Origin: Gekko japonicus
Lineage: Eukaryota
Assembly: GCF_001447785.1 (NCBI RefSeq)
Contig: NW_015163630.1
Location: forward strand, 37,272 to 101,271
Length of the DNA stretch: 64,000 nucleotides
Direction of reading: 5' to 3'
Position 1 is the first letter of the stretch. Every line of letters starts with the position of its first letter. This document shows, piece after piece, positions 23,235 through 34,978 of this stretch. The position numbers and the translations under genes are program-made. Under the pieces are notes generated by a model. It was given only the letters and a program-made list of their open reading frames with translations, had not been told where the DNA came from and did no database searches.

Positions 23235-26200
23235 TTGTTGTTGTTGTTCAGTCGCACAGTCGAGTCCGACTCTTCGCGACCCCATGGACGAGCTCTCTCC
23301 AGGCCTTCCGGTCTTCTGCCGTCCTCTGAAGTTGGCTCAACTTCATGTTCGTTGCATCGATGACACTGTCTAACCATCTCATCCTTTGCCGTCCCCGTCT
23401 TCTTTGACCTTCAATCTTTCCAAGCATCAGGGTCTTCTCCAGTGAGTGCTCCCTTCTCATTTGGTGGCCAAAGTATTTGAGCTTCAGTTTCATTATCTGG
23501 CCTTCCAGGGAACAGTCAGGGTTGATTTCTTTGAGGATTGACTGATTTGTTCTTCTTGCAGTCCAAGGGACTCTCAAGAGTCTCCTCCAGCACCATAGTT
23601 CAAAAGAATCTATTCTTCGGCGCTCGGCCTTCCTTATAGTCCAGCTCTCGCAGCCATACATGACTACTGGGAATACCATTGCTTTGACCATGCGGACTTT
23701 TGTTGGCAGGGTGATGTCTCTACTTTTTATCATGCTGTTTAGGTTCGCCATCGCTTTCCTCCCAAGGAGCAGGCGTCTTTTAATTTCATGGCTGCAGTCA
23801 CAGTCTGCGGTGATCTGGGATCCCAGGAACGTGAAGTCTGTCACTACTTCCACAGCTTCCCCTTCTATTTGCCAAGGAGTGATGGGGCCGGATGCCATGA
23901 TCTTAGTTTTTTTGATGTTGAGCTTCAAGCCCACTTTTGCGCTCTCCTCTTTTACTCTGAGCAAGAGGTTCTTTAGATCCTCTTCACTTTCAGCCATTAG
24001 AGTGGTATCATCTGCATATCTGAGGTTGTTGATCTTTTCCCCAGCAATCTTAATTCCCGCTTGTGATTCATCCAGGCCAGCATTTCGCATGATGTACTCT
24101 GCATATATATTAAATAAGCAAGGTGACAGTATACATCCTTGTCGTACTCCTTTTCCTATGCTGAACCAATCAGTTGTTCCGTATCCGGTTCTAACTGTCG
24201 CTTCTTGGCCCTTATACAGGTTTCTCAAGAGACATGTGAGGTGGTCTGGTACTCCCATCTCTTTAAGGACCTGCCATAGTTTGTTGTGATCCACACAGTC
24301 AAAGGCTTTAGCATAGTCAATGAAGCAGAAGTAGATATTTTTCTGGTACTCTCTTGCTTTCTCCATAATCCAGCGAATGTTGGCAATATGATCTCTCGTT
24401 CCTCTACCTCTTCGAAACCCAGCTTGTACTTCTGGTAGTTCTCTATCCACGTACTGTTGAAGCCTAGCTTGTAGGATCTTGAGCATGACCTTGCTAGCGT
24501 GTGATATGAGTGCAATTGTGCGATAGTTTGAACATTCCTTGGCATTGCCCTTCTTTGGGATTGGAATGTATACTGATCTTTTCCAATCCTGTGGCCACTG
24601 TTGCGTTTTCCAAATTTGCTGGCAAATGGAGTGCAGAACTTTAACAGCATCATCTTCTAAGACTTTGAATAGCTCAGCTGGAATACCATCACCTCCACTA
24701 GCTTTGTTGTTAGTAATGCTTTCTAAGGCCCATTTAACTTCACATTCCAGGATGTCTGGCTCAAGGTCAGTGATTATACCGTCGTGTTTGTCAAGGACAT
24801 TGAGGTCTTTCTTGTATAGTTCTTCTGTGTATTCTTGCCATCTTTTCCTAATCTCTTCTGCTTCTGTTAGGTCCCTACCGTTTTTGTCCTTTATCATGGC
24901 CAGCTTTGCATGGAACGCTCCCTTGATTTCTCCAATTTTCTTGAAGAGATCTCTAGTCCTTCCCATTCTATTGTTTTCTTCTATTACTTTGCACTGTTCA
25001 TTCAGGAAGGCCTCCTTATCTCTCCTTGCTGTTCTCTGGAAATCTGCGTTCAGTTGGGTAAATCTTTCCTTTTCGCCTTTGCCTTTCGCTTTCCTTCTTT
25101 CCTCTGCTATTTGTAAAGCCTCATCAGAAAGCCACTTTGCTTTCTTACATTTCTTTTTCTTTGGGATGGTGGTGATTGCTGCCTCCTGTACGATGTCACG
25201 AACCTCTGTCCATAGTTCTTCAGGCACTCTATCTATCAAATCCAGACCCTTGAATCTATTCTTCACCTCTACTGTATATTCATCAGGGATGCGATCTAGG
25301 TCAAACCTGAATGGCCTCGTGGTTTTCCCAATTTTCTTCAGTTTAAGTCTGAATTTTGCAATGAGTAGCTCATGATCTGAACCACAGTCAGCTCCAGGTC
25401 TTGTTTTTACTGACTGGATAGAGCTTCTCCATCTTTGACTGCAAATTATATAGTCAATCTGATTTCGGTGTTGCCCATCTGGTGATGTCCATGTGTAGAG
25501 TCGCCTCTTAGGTTGTTGGAAAAGGGTGTTCGCTATGACCAGTGTGTTCTCTTGACAAAACTCTGTTAACCTTTGCCCTGCTTCATTTTGCTTTCCAAGG
25601 CCAAACTTGTCTGTTATTCCAGTTACCTTTTGACTTCCTACTTTAGCATTCCAGTCCCCTATGATGATGAGGACATCATTTTTTGGTGTTAGTTCTAGGA
25701 GGTGTTGTAGGTCTTCATAGAACCGGTCCACTTCAGCCTCTTCTGCATCAGTGGTTGGGGCATAGACTTGGATTACTGTGATGTTGAATGGTTTGCCTTG
25801 GAATCGGACAGAAATCATTCTGTCATTTTTGAGATTGTATCCCAGTACTGCCTTTTGCACTCTCTTGTTGACTATAAAGGCCACACCATTTTTTCTACGA
25901 GATTCCTGGCCACAGTAGTAGATATAATGGTCTTCTGAGTTAAATTCGCCCATTCCTGTCCACTTTAGTTCACTGATTCCTAGGATATCGATGTTCAGTC
26001 TTGCCATCTCATTTTTGACCACGTCAAGCTTACCTTGATTCATAGATCTTACATTCCAGGTTCCTATGCAGTATTGTTCTTTGCAGCATCGGACTTTCCT
26101 TTCACCATCAGACACATCCACAACTGAGCGTCCTTTCGGCTTTGGCCCAGCCGCTTCACTCTTTCTGGGGTTACTTGTACTTGTCCTCTGCTCTTCCTCA

Positions 26201-26449
26201 GTAGCATATTGGACACCTTCCGACCTGAGGGGCTCATCTTCCGGCGTCATATCTTTTAGCCTTTTGATACTGTCCATGGGGTTTTCTTGGCAAAAATACT
26301 GGAGTGGGTTGCCATTTCCTTCTCCAGGTGGATCACGCTTGGTCTGAGTTCTCTGCTGTGGCCTGTCCGTCTTGGGTGGCCCTTCACGGCATAGCCCACA
26401 GCTTCATTGAACTGCGCAAGCCCCCTCGCCACGACAAGGCAGTGATCCA
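23235..26449 (-). mobile_element. Full-length BovB (RTE clade) LINE
   Basis: 3.2 kb; (CAA)n 3' tail; perfect 11-bp TSD GACATCTGTGG at 23224-23234 and 26450-26460; BovB-like 5' motif GGAGAAGGAAATGGCAACCCACTCCAGTAT. Confidence 0.97.
23248..26277 (-). CDS. BovB ORF: APE endonuclease plus reverse transcriptase, 1009 aa, uninterrupted
   Basis: IGTWNVRS, GISE, GDWNA, IDY and SDH endonuclease motifs; GVRQGCILSP and YADD RT motifs; RRRGRQRMRW C-terminus. Confidence 0.97.
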   Translation of the reverse strand: MDSIKRLKDMTPEDEPLRSEGVQYATEEEQRTSTSNPRKSEAAGPKPKGRSVVDVSDGERKVRCCKEQYCIGTWNVRSMNQGKLDVVKNEMARLNIDILGISELKWTGMGEFNSEDHYIYYCGQESRRKNGVAFIVNKRVQKAVLGYNLKNDRMISVRFQGKPFNITVIQVYAPTTDAEEAEVDRFYEDLQHLLELTPKNDVLIIIGDWNAKVGSQKVTGITDKFGLGKQNEAGQRLTEFCQENTLVIANTLFQQPKRRLYTWTSPDGQHRNQIDYIICSQRWRSSIQSVKTRPGADCGSDHELLIAKFRLKLKKIGKTTRPFRFDLDRIPDEYTVEVKNRFKGLDLIDRVPEELWTEVRDIVQEAAITTIPKKKKCKKAKWLSDEALQIAEERRKAKGKGEKERFTQLNADFQRTARRDKEAFLNEQCKVIEENNRMGRTRDLFKKIGEIKGAFHAKLAMIKDKNGRDLTEAEEIRKRWQEYTEELYKKDLNVLDKHDGIITDLEPDILECEVKWALESITNNKASGGDGIPAELFKVLEDDAVKVLHSICQQIWKTQQWPQDWKRSVYIPIPKKGNAKECSNYRTIALISHASKVMLKILQARLQQYVDRELPEVQAGFRRGRGTRDHIANIRWIMEKAREYQKNIYFCFIDYAKAFDCVDHNKLWQVLKEMGVPDHLTCLLRNLYKGQEATVRTGYGTTDWFSIGKGVRQGCILSPCLFNIYAEYIMRNAGLDESQAGIKIAGEKINNLRYADDTTLMAESEEDLKNLLLRVKEESAKVGLKLNIKKTKIMASGPITPWQIEGEAVEVVTDFTFLGSQITADCDCSHEIKRRLLLGRKAMANLNSMIKSRDITLPTKVRMVKAMVFPVVMYGCESWTIRKAERRRIDSFELWCWRRLLRVPWTARRTNQSILKEINPDCSLEGQIMKLKLKYFGHQMRREHSLEKTLMLGKIEGQRRRGRQRMRWLDSVIDATNMKLSQLQRTAEDRKAWRELVHGVAKSRTRLCD

Positions 26450-26773
26450 GACATCTGTGGAGGATGTTGTAAATAACTCTTCTGTGTTGTTAAGTTTATC
26501 TTAGTTATCATGCTTTTACTATTCTTTTCTTAAGATCTGTAACCAGCACGCATCATAGATTATTTCCCCTATTTTGTGCTCTAGTTTAATTTATAGCCAT
26601 AAAGTTTTCGTGTTTAATAGAGCAGACTGTGATTCAAAGTCCTCCTCACACATCTCAAATATGCTTGCATAACAGTGTTCCCCCAGAAATTGGGAAGCTC
26701 TGCCCTTTGTACATGCTCAGAGGTAGCCTTTATTAGTGTCCTCCAAGTCATTGGTAATGTGGGAGCCTAGATT

Positions 26774-27196
26774 CAGGGCCGGCTCACCCACTAGGCGAAC
26801 TAGGCATTCGCCTAGAGTGCTGGGCCCTGGATGGGGTGCCAAGCTGTGCCTCCCCCCCCACCAAAAGCCCGCAAGCAGCTCTCCAAGTGTCAGCACTTCA
26901 CTAATTGGGGAGAGGCATCTGGTGAGCATCCCCCGCCTGGAGACAGAATCCCCCCCACCTCCCTCCCAAACTGCCTTCGGAAGCGGAGCACGAGAGAAAT
27001 CTCTCTTCCATATTGGAGGGCGCTGCAGGAACATGTGGGGCATGCTCACTGGGTCTGACAGCTGCGGGGGGGAGATGGTGGCGGCGGTAGCAAAAGGGTG
27101 GGTGGCTCCAGAGGTCTCCAGGCCCCACCAGGAGGTTGGCATCTGCGCCACAAGGCAGCCTCTCCTAGGGCGCAGAAACACCTCGAGCCACCCCTG
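26774..27196 (+). mobile_element. hAT MITE family B, long copy
   Basis: TIRs CAGGGCCGGCTC / GAGCCACCCCTG; perfect TSD CCTAGATT; homologous (inverted) to 49932-50179. Confidence 0.9.
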
Positions 27197-28467
27197 CCTA
27201 GATTTATTACTTGTGGCAGTGGCATGAAGAAAAGGAAAATGCTTTGCATGCACACCTAAATGCAACACACCTGTAAGCATACATAGACCCAGGGTGGGAT
27301 TATGACAATCATGTGTGTTAATTTCATATGAACATTTGTTCACTTCCTTTGATCCAGAATTTTCTGAATGCAAAGCATTTCTCTAATGACTGAACATTTA
27401 ACGTCACCAGTATTCTCTCTGCTGATCACAAAGTTAGTGGCCCATTTCATAATATTTTTCTTTCTCATCCTAATTAAAAGTGACAGTGTTAAACAATCAT
27501 GATTTCATAATCAGATCTGCTGGCATATCATTAGTTTGTAGACTGCCACTTCTGTTTACTGATAAAATGATACTGTTTTCTATTAGGAGCAATGATGTCC
27601 TCTTGCAACCCATAAGCAGCTAGCACATTAACCAAGCTCAAATGGACTATTTCTATCCCTGGGCAAGTGATTAATCAGTAGAAACTCTCCTTAGATTCCC
27701 CCCCCCCCTTCTTTTCCTATTTGGATTCTTAAGTCTCTATTTCACTCACCTCCATTGCCCCCCAAATATCAACAAACATTTGCAAACTGCAAGCTATCTC
27801 ATATTTCACAACCTATCTTCACCAGTTTGTTTGACAAGGCCCTGATTCATCTGGACTAAGGACTGATGTTTAGTCACTGTGAGGACATAACCTGTCAAAC
27901 GGGGTCAGCCACCAACCTAAGATTGCCTTGCTTGTATTTCATTATAATTCTCTTGTTGCAATCACTCTTGTAAAATCCAGTTGTAAAGTTCATTGAAAGT
28001 GGATTATTTAGTAAGTGTGATCGCAGGAAGACTTAATGTCTGCCTCGTGTTAGTGTCAGAGAAGAAGCAGTTGTCAAGATGGTGGCTGGAGTTCTCTAGG
28101 CCCAAGTTGTATTATATGTAAACCTATTGATTTTATTCAGAAGGGTCTCCTATCAGATATTTGGGGAACCTGAAAGATCTGAGTTCAATAGCACCTTAAA
28201 GACCAACAAGAGTTGGTCTTTTAAGTCAAAGCTCCCTTCACCAGATAGGCCACTGTGTGAGAGAGTGGTATTTTTGGCCACTGTGTGACAGAGTGTTGGA
28301 CTAGATGGGCCATTGGCTTGATCCAACATTGGCTTCTCTTATGTTCTTACGTTCTTATGTTCTTATGCTTGTCAGAGTTCTGATTCTCAAAAGTGCTACT
28401 GGACTCAAATCTTGCTCTTGAAGACCAACACAGCTGCCCATTTGAAGCTATCTTCTTGGAGAACCAG

Positions 28468-29152
28468 GGCCCCGGTCACACAAGCAGGAAAATGCAGGAG
28501 GGAAGCGTGGCTGTTTGCCCCGGAGCAAAATAATGCACGGCTGCGCGATCAGGCGTCCAGTCGAAGTCCCGTCGAGGTCCCGTGGTTAGGGGGGAGGTGC
28601 CGATCACAGGACAATCCTGCGGCGCGGCAAAGAAGCGGCCTCTCTAGCAAAAGGCTCCGCGGGTTTAACCCCTTCCAGGGCTGCAGAGGAATGCAAACTG
28701 TGTCCTCCGTCCAGTCCCCTCCAGGAGGAGCTTCAGCCGGGCCACCCTCCCGCCACGCCCCCCGCACCTCCCCCTCTGCCGCCCTGTGCAGAGAGTTCCT
28801 TTCAAGCAGGCCGGGCCAGGAGTGGGGGGGTACGGAAAAGAGGAGAGGGCTGTGTTGTTTGTGCACATCCCGTGGAGACTTTGGGGGAAAAAACTTTTAG
28901 GGACGGGACATGGGTGGGCGCCGGATGCCACGACCTACCACCAGAAATGCGATCAGGCGCCCACCCTTGCCCCGCGGTTTCCAAAAACTAGTACCTCGGA
29001 GGTACTAGTTTTTTACCCCGCATCTTTGGCAGGAAGCCTCGGGTTCGCCATGGGAGCTCTACGCTTCCCAGATGTGGCACTGTGATCGCGCCCGGAAAAT
29101 CTGCCTATCTTCCATCTTTGTAGTGTGGCTAATGCTCCGTGTGACCGCAGCC
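28468..29152 (+). mobile_element. GC-rich non-autonomous Harbinger-like DNA transposon
   Basis: TIRs GGCCCCGGTCACAC / GTGTGACCGCAGCC; 3-bp TSD CAG; internal palindrome. Confidence 0.7.
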
Positions 29153-29774
29153 CAGGAGCGTCTTCCTGAGTTCCCATTATAACAACTGGCAACAAGGCAC
29201 ATAAGAATCCTGTATGGCTTTCTTGAGAGTCCTTTAAGTGTCTAACGGAGCATTCCTAAAAACATTCTGAATAGCGTTTGAATAGATTTGACAAGGATGC
29301 AAAGTAGACCTGATTAGGATTGCTTTTTAAATCTGCAAAGGTTGAGAGCTGACCCCCGGCAAAATGGGTTCTCTGCCAAGAAGTGCAGATTTGACCTTGG
29401 AAGAAGATTCTCCTATGATATCAAAAGATTTAAACAGATTTTGTTGGCCAGAAGTGTGGTAGCTGAGTCTAAACAGAGTGCTATTTTCCTGTCTTCAGTG
29501 GGAAAGCATTGTTCTGCACTACTGATTAACTTTTTGGCCTCAGCCTTGCCTGCAGGGACCTTGCTAGATATAGTATTTCAGAATTTACAGCAGCGTGTTG
29601 AGCCTAAAAAAAATAAACTGACTTGCAGATTCTTTTTAGTATCCAGGAAGAAGCTAGCAAAAGAATATATGGCTTGTTTAAGGAAGTTAGCAATCCCCTG
29701 GAAGTCTGTGATTCCTTACAGGAAAGATCACCAAAACTAGTTGTTGGGGGTCTCTAGCGATGATTGCATTCTAT

Positions 29775-30139
29775 GGCCCTGGTCACACAGGCCAGATATC
29801 GCGGGGGGAGGCGTGGCTAATTGCTCCGGTGCAGTTTGATACGTGATTACGAGATCAGACGCGCCGGCGGCACACCACGGGTCCTTCCCTCGGCGCCAGC
29901 AGGTAAACGAGGGACCGGAGGGGGATGCCACGCACCGGCGTTGTCACACCACGGGCGTCTGGAGGCAGCCCGTGGCAAACGTTTACTAGTACCTTGGAGG
30001 TACTAGTTTTTTAAGGCACACTGTCGGCAGTAAGCCACGGATGCGCTCCACTTCCCAGATGTTGGGGTGTGATCGCCCCCGGATAATCTGCCCACCATCC
30101 GTGCCTCTCCCATGGCAACTTTGCCATGTGACCGGGGCC
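29775..30139 (+). mobile_element. Related Harbinger-like MITE
   Basis: TIRs GGCCCTGGTCACA / TGTGACCGGGGCC; shares the ACTAGTACCT..AGGTACTAGT palindrome and CTTCCCAGATGT..TGTGATCGC with 28468-29152. Confidence 0.7.
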
Positions 30140-30809
30140 AAAGTTGTGTTGTGGTTTTTTTTTTTTGAGAACTAACCTTTTCCCAGCTCCAGTGGCTGCC
30201 CTGGCTCCCTGTGGGCCTCCACCAACCAACTAGAGGAAGTATAGCACTACCACAGGACTATTAATCAAAGTGGAGGCATCTCATGGCTGAAAAAATACCC
30301 GGTGATCTCTTGGTTCACAAAACTTCTCAAGCAAAGAGCTGGCGAGGATCCTGGGTTTGAACACAACTCAAAGTAGTAAGGAAAATAATGATAGCTTGCA
30401 AATTCAACTTCAGCTTGCAAATTCAACTTCACGCGATGGCTAGCCATCAGTTCGATTAACAGTCCTGTGGACAGTATGAACTTTGGGGCGTATCTGCATT
30501 TGAATGCCATTTTTTGAGTTCACAGTGTGTTTCACAACAGTAGTAGAGGAGGTAGTTTATTACGTTCATTGTTACGAATACATGTTGTTATTTTTGTGCA
30601 TTATTTTATTATAGAGAATTGTGTTCAATTAGTGTGTTCATTCATTTACACAGTTTTTGATTGGTATTTCTGCTTTACTGTGTATTTCTGCTTTGTAATT
30701 TTGCTATTGCCCCGCTGATACTAAGCATGTAGTAAAAGTCTTCACCTTCCACCAAGTTCTTCATACATCACAGACAACTCAGAAGGGGAGGGGTACCAGC
30801 TAGGAGATA

Positions 30810-31272
30810 AAGGGTTGCCAGCCCACCTCTGGCAACCAGCAGGAGACTAGAGGGACAGAGACCTGGCAAAATGTCACACAATGCCATAGAGATCAGGGAC
30901 ATTCTTAGAGCATCATGTGACATGGCAAGATCACTTCAGCTTTCTACCCAGAAGTGACATTGCAGTGTTGCATGATGTCACCCTCTCCCCATTTTTCCTC
31001 CAGGAAGCAGGAGGAAAATGGGAGAAGAGAAACAGCAATGTATGGGTCATGATGTTACTTCCAGCAAAACCCAAAAGTGACATCACAGCCACCCTGTGAT
31101 GCTAGGAATTACCCAAATCTCTATGGGGAATCCCTAGAGCATCATGGAGTGGCTGTGATGTCACTTCTTGTTTTTTGCCATAAGTGATGTGATGACACAT
31201 GCAACACTATTTTTTCCAGGATTGTGCCCCCCAAAGCTCCTGGTATTTACAGGTATCAGACTGGCAACCCTA
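30810..31272. mobile_element. TAGGGTTGCC-family element
   Basis: AGGGTTGCCAG ... CTGGCAACCCTA ends with GAAGTGACAT-type internal motifs. Confidence 0.6.
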
Positions 31273-31557
31273 TCTCTAGCACCTGGTACAAAGCATTTCT
31301 TGCTTCATCCTAGGCTGTAGGTCAGAAACTATGAGAAAGACTCACGTCTTCTGACTTTCTCCAGTATTCTCTGCATGTCACATTTTCTTCAAATCTAACT
31401 AGACTAATTGCCAGTGGAAGTTCAGAAGACCCCAGTTGTCTAGGTTCTGCAAACTATGTAAAGCTATTCTATCCCTGTGAAATGCTCACACTTGATCTGG
31501 TGGTTGAGAGTTAGATTGTTTGGGCTCTATTTTATTGAAGCTGTTTTTAGACTTCAT

Positions 31558-31770
31558 GATGTAGTGGGCACAGTAGTTGTCTAGAATTTGGGAGATCCAC
31601 ATTCAGATCCCCAATCCCCATTGTCATAAAACTCACTGGATAATCTTGGGCTTTCAGCCTAATTTACCTCACAGGGTTGTTGTGAGGATAAAATGGGAGA
31701 AGGAAGACCGATATATGCTGTGCTGAGCTACTTGGACAAAGGCTGGGATAAAAATGTACTAGATAGATAA
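31558..31770 (+). mobile_element. Degenerate tRNA-derived SINE
   Basis: CCTCACAGGGTTGTTGTGAGGATAAAATGG core. Confidence 0.65.
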
Positions 31771-32737
31771 TTACACATTTTATATATTTAATTAAATAGG
31801 TTTAATCTAAATTTGTGATTTTATACACTTGCCTTTTTATTGCATACACACACATGCACACACGTTTGTATTAAATGCTTTTTAAAGTTCAAAATATTTG
31901 AATGTGTGGAAAGGTGGCGAGGAACATTTTAAATAAGTTAATAGTATCACCTGGGTATGCCCCCTACACTAGGTATCACTACACAAGCCTCCAGACCTCT
32001 AGTAAGTTAAGTATTTGATGATAACACCGTCAGGCTCTCAGCATTCCAGACTTCATTTCTACTATTTCCAAACCAGACTAACAAGACTATTCCCAAAACA
32101 TGCTGGAACAAGTTAGACCCCAGGTCAGCTCAAGGACAGAACTTTCTGTGCCCTGGTTTGAATCACATTCCTATAATGGAGATATTAAGCAAGCTTTACT
32201 TGATTCCTAAGATAATAGATTCTCCTAAGGCTCTCATTGCTCCTTACTCACTGTGTCTTTCACTTCAGCACTTAGAAAGAACAAGTGGGAACCTGCAAGG
32301 ACCTGTGAGGTACATCTTATTTCCCTCTTCCCCACTATTTCTTCTTTCCCTTCCTTGAAAGTCTCCCTCTTTCCTTCCCCATTCGTTCCTTCCCATCTGC
32401 AAACTGACCTACCTTTATCTCCTCCCCACCTACAGTTTTCTGCCCTTCCCGAGCCCAGCACTCTCTATCTAGGAAAACTATGGCCTGTGTTGTCCAAGCC
32501 AGATCCCACTGTCTGCCTCACCTCGCACAGGGCTCAGCCATGCAGGGCACAGCCATCTTTCTTGTGGGGCTTGGCTGGACCAAGTGCCACTGTCTGCCTC
32601 ACCTCAGATGGAATCCAGCCAGGCTCTGCCTTCTCCCTTGTCTCTCATAGGGGTTCAGCTAAGTTGGGCACCACAGTCTGCCTCACTGTGTGTGCTGCTT
32701 GGCTGGGCCAGGTGACACTATCTGCATCACCTTGTTT

Positions 32738-33099
32738 TAGGGTTGCCAGCTATGGGTTGGGAAATACCTGAAGATTTTAGGAGTGGAGCCTGAAGAGGGT
32801 GGGGTTTGGAGAGGGGAGGGACTTCAATGGGGTAAACAAACAAACAAAACCTTTATTGGCATGAAAGCACAAAACATCATGGAAATACAGGAAAATACTA
32901 AGATGCATCAGTCACACTTGGCTATTCAAGCCTCGTCTTCTGATTGCAATATAAAAATTTTGCAACAGCCTTCAATGGAGTATAATGCCATAGTGTCCAC
33001 ATTCCAAAGCAGCCATTTCCTCCAGGTGATCTCTGTTGCCTGGAGATCAGTTGTAATAGCAGGAGATCTCCAGCCACCACCTGGAGGTTGGCAACCCTA
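32738..33099. mobile_element. TAGGGTTGCC hAT-type MITE carrying a nested LINE 3' end
   Basis: TIRs TAGGGTTGCCA / TGGCAACCCTA; TSD CCTTGTTT / CCTTGTGT. Confidence 0.8.
32835..32969 (-). mobile_element. 135-bp 5'-truncated LINE end (RTE-X-like)
   Basis: Minus strand AVAKFLYCNQKTRLE*, then CCAATAAAGG and a (TTTG)n tail; 13-bp TSD CTTCAATGG(G/A)GTA. Confidence 0.7.
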
Positions 33100-33411
33100 C
33101 CTTGTGTGGGGCTCAGCTGGGCTGGGTGCCACACCTACATTGCTTTGTATTGGGCTTGGCCAGGTTGGGTGCCAGCATCTGCCTCACCTCGCCTTGTGAG
33201 GGGTTTGGCTTGGTCAGGCACCGCCATCTACCTCGCCTCATGTGGTGGTTTGGCTGGTCCAAGCACCACCATTTGGATCACTTTGTGTGCCGCTTGGGCA
33301 GGCCGGGTCACCTGCATCATTTCTTGATGGCAGAGAATGCTACTGTACAGGGTCATGTAACATACAGTCATTATTGTCACCTCATTATGATGTCTAGAAT
33401 AGTTTCTAGAA

Positions 33412-33813
33412 CAGGGGTGTCAAACTCATTTGTTATGAGGGCTAAATTTGACATCAATGAGACCTTGTTGGGCCGGACCATGTGTGTCATAAAATGTAAT
33501 GCCTGGTAGCAGAGATATAAACTTTATAAAGGACACAAACGCAAAGAGTTTTTGTTTACTTAAAATAAAAACATGCTTAAAACACTAGCACTCTTGCAAT
33601 ATTTTGTTTATTTAACAGTGTCTGATAACTGACACCTCTTGCTCTGAATTATTGCATCAAAATGTCTGTGCTGTTGCAATCTTGAGTATGCTGTTCAGGT
33701 GTGTATCTGTAAGCTGCAAACCTATGATGACGCAGCAGCAGCAGAACTGGAAGAAGCAGCAGAAAACAGCCAGTTCCACTGCAGAAGCCCTCCGGGGGCC
33801 TGATGTCCGCATG
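33412..33813 (+). mobile_element. hAT-Charlie non-autonomous element with eroded right TIR
   Basis: CAGGGGTGTCAAACTC left TIR; TSD TTCTAGAA on both sides; related to 42350-43339. Confidence 0.75.
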
Positions 33814-34723
33814 TTCTAGAATATATTTCCTGCAAGACTTTCTTTTTTCTCTGAGTTTTTGACAAGATTTTTTTTTCTGTCTGGATTTTTTTTCCTGTCT
33901 GGATTGCATAATATTTCCAGTTTTACTCTCGATTATATGCTTATTAGATTATTGGACTCTTGTGTTCATTCTATTGTATTGACTTTTAATGCAGTTTTTA
34001 TTCTATGATTTTATCATGCAACTAATATTAAATATTCACTTGTTAAACTATTCAATGACCCACCATGCTTGTAGAGCTCCAAAAGGTGACATTTTAAATA
34101 TTGATAAATATAGCATGCTTCTTTTAAAGTGCCTAAACCATCATGTGTGCACTTCTATAACAATCCTTATTTTTACCATCTTTTCTATGCACAAGTCCAA
34201 AGTGTGGATCCAGTAATCAGCACAATGGAGCTAGGTAGAGAAAGGGGAGATGTTTCTACAAATCTGGGGAAACTGCCAGGTTTGTGGGGAAATCTTACAT
34301 TTTAAATAAAGGGGAGAAAGCAAAGGGGGCAGGTTTGTGTATTACTATTAGTAATACTAATTACTAAATGGCAGGTTCGTGCATTATTAATAGTTTGTGA
34401 ATATGGCAGGTTTGCGTATTGAAGAAGATCACTCTACCCTTTCTCAGAGATTTTTCTAGAGACCTTAGAGAATAATTCTAGCAGTGCACACTATTTCCAG
34501 ACTTGCAGAATCAGACCTTCCAGAATCAGGAATGAAAAGTGTTAAATAGTGGGTTCCATGGATGAACAGGCTCGGGTCTAGTGATCAGCTCAACTTTATT
34601 TGTGATTTCAGCAAGAGCAAGACAAGACTCCACAGCCTCAGCTCTGTTAAATAGCATGCAATTGCCACACCCAAACACACCTCACTCCCAGTGATAGGCT
34701 ATTTACATAAAATTACTACTAGA

Positions 34724-34978
34724 AAATGAAACTGAAGCTCAAATACTTTGGCCAACAAATGAGAAGGGAGCACTCACTGGAGAAGACCGTGATGCTGGGA
34801 AAGATTGAGGGTCAAAGAAGATGGGGACGGCAAAGGATGAGATGGCTAGACAGTGTCATAGATGCAACGAACATGAAATTGAGCAAACTTCAGAGGACGG
34901 CGGAAGACTGGAAGGCCTGGCGTGATCTGGTCCATGGGGTCGCGAAGAGTCGGACTCGACTGTGACTGAACAACAACA
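34724..34978 (+). mobile_element. BovB 3' fragment
   Basis: MKLKLKYFG...HGVAKSRTRL, near-identical to the full-length copy; (CAA)n tail; TSD ACTACTAGA. Confidence 0.92.

Larger units (their letters stand above)
32485..33320. repeat. Degenerate minisatellite of roughly 40-45 bp, interrupted by a MITE
   Basis: Recurrent GCCACTGTCTGCCTCACCTC...GGCTTGGCTGG units on both sides of the 32738-33099 insertion. Confidence 0.55.

Noticed and set aside
23660-25375. 209-aa and 278-aa plus-strand ORFs
   Set aside because: Antisense shadows of the BovB RT coding sequence
30393-30430. Perfect 19-bp tandem duplication (similar ones near 47645, 48565 and 62240)
   Set aside because: Two-unit local duplications consistent with slippage or repair; no array or spacer structure
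32485-33320. Repeat units with variable intervening sequence, superficially CRISPR-like
   Set aside because: Eukaryotic context, degenerate units, no unique spacers of constant length and no cas genes
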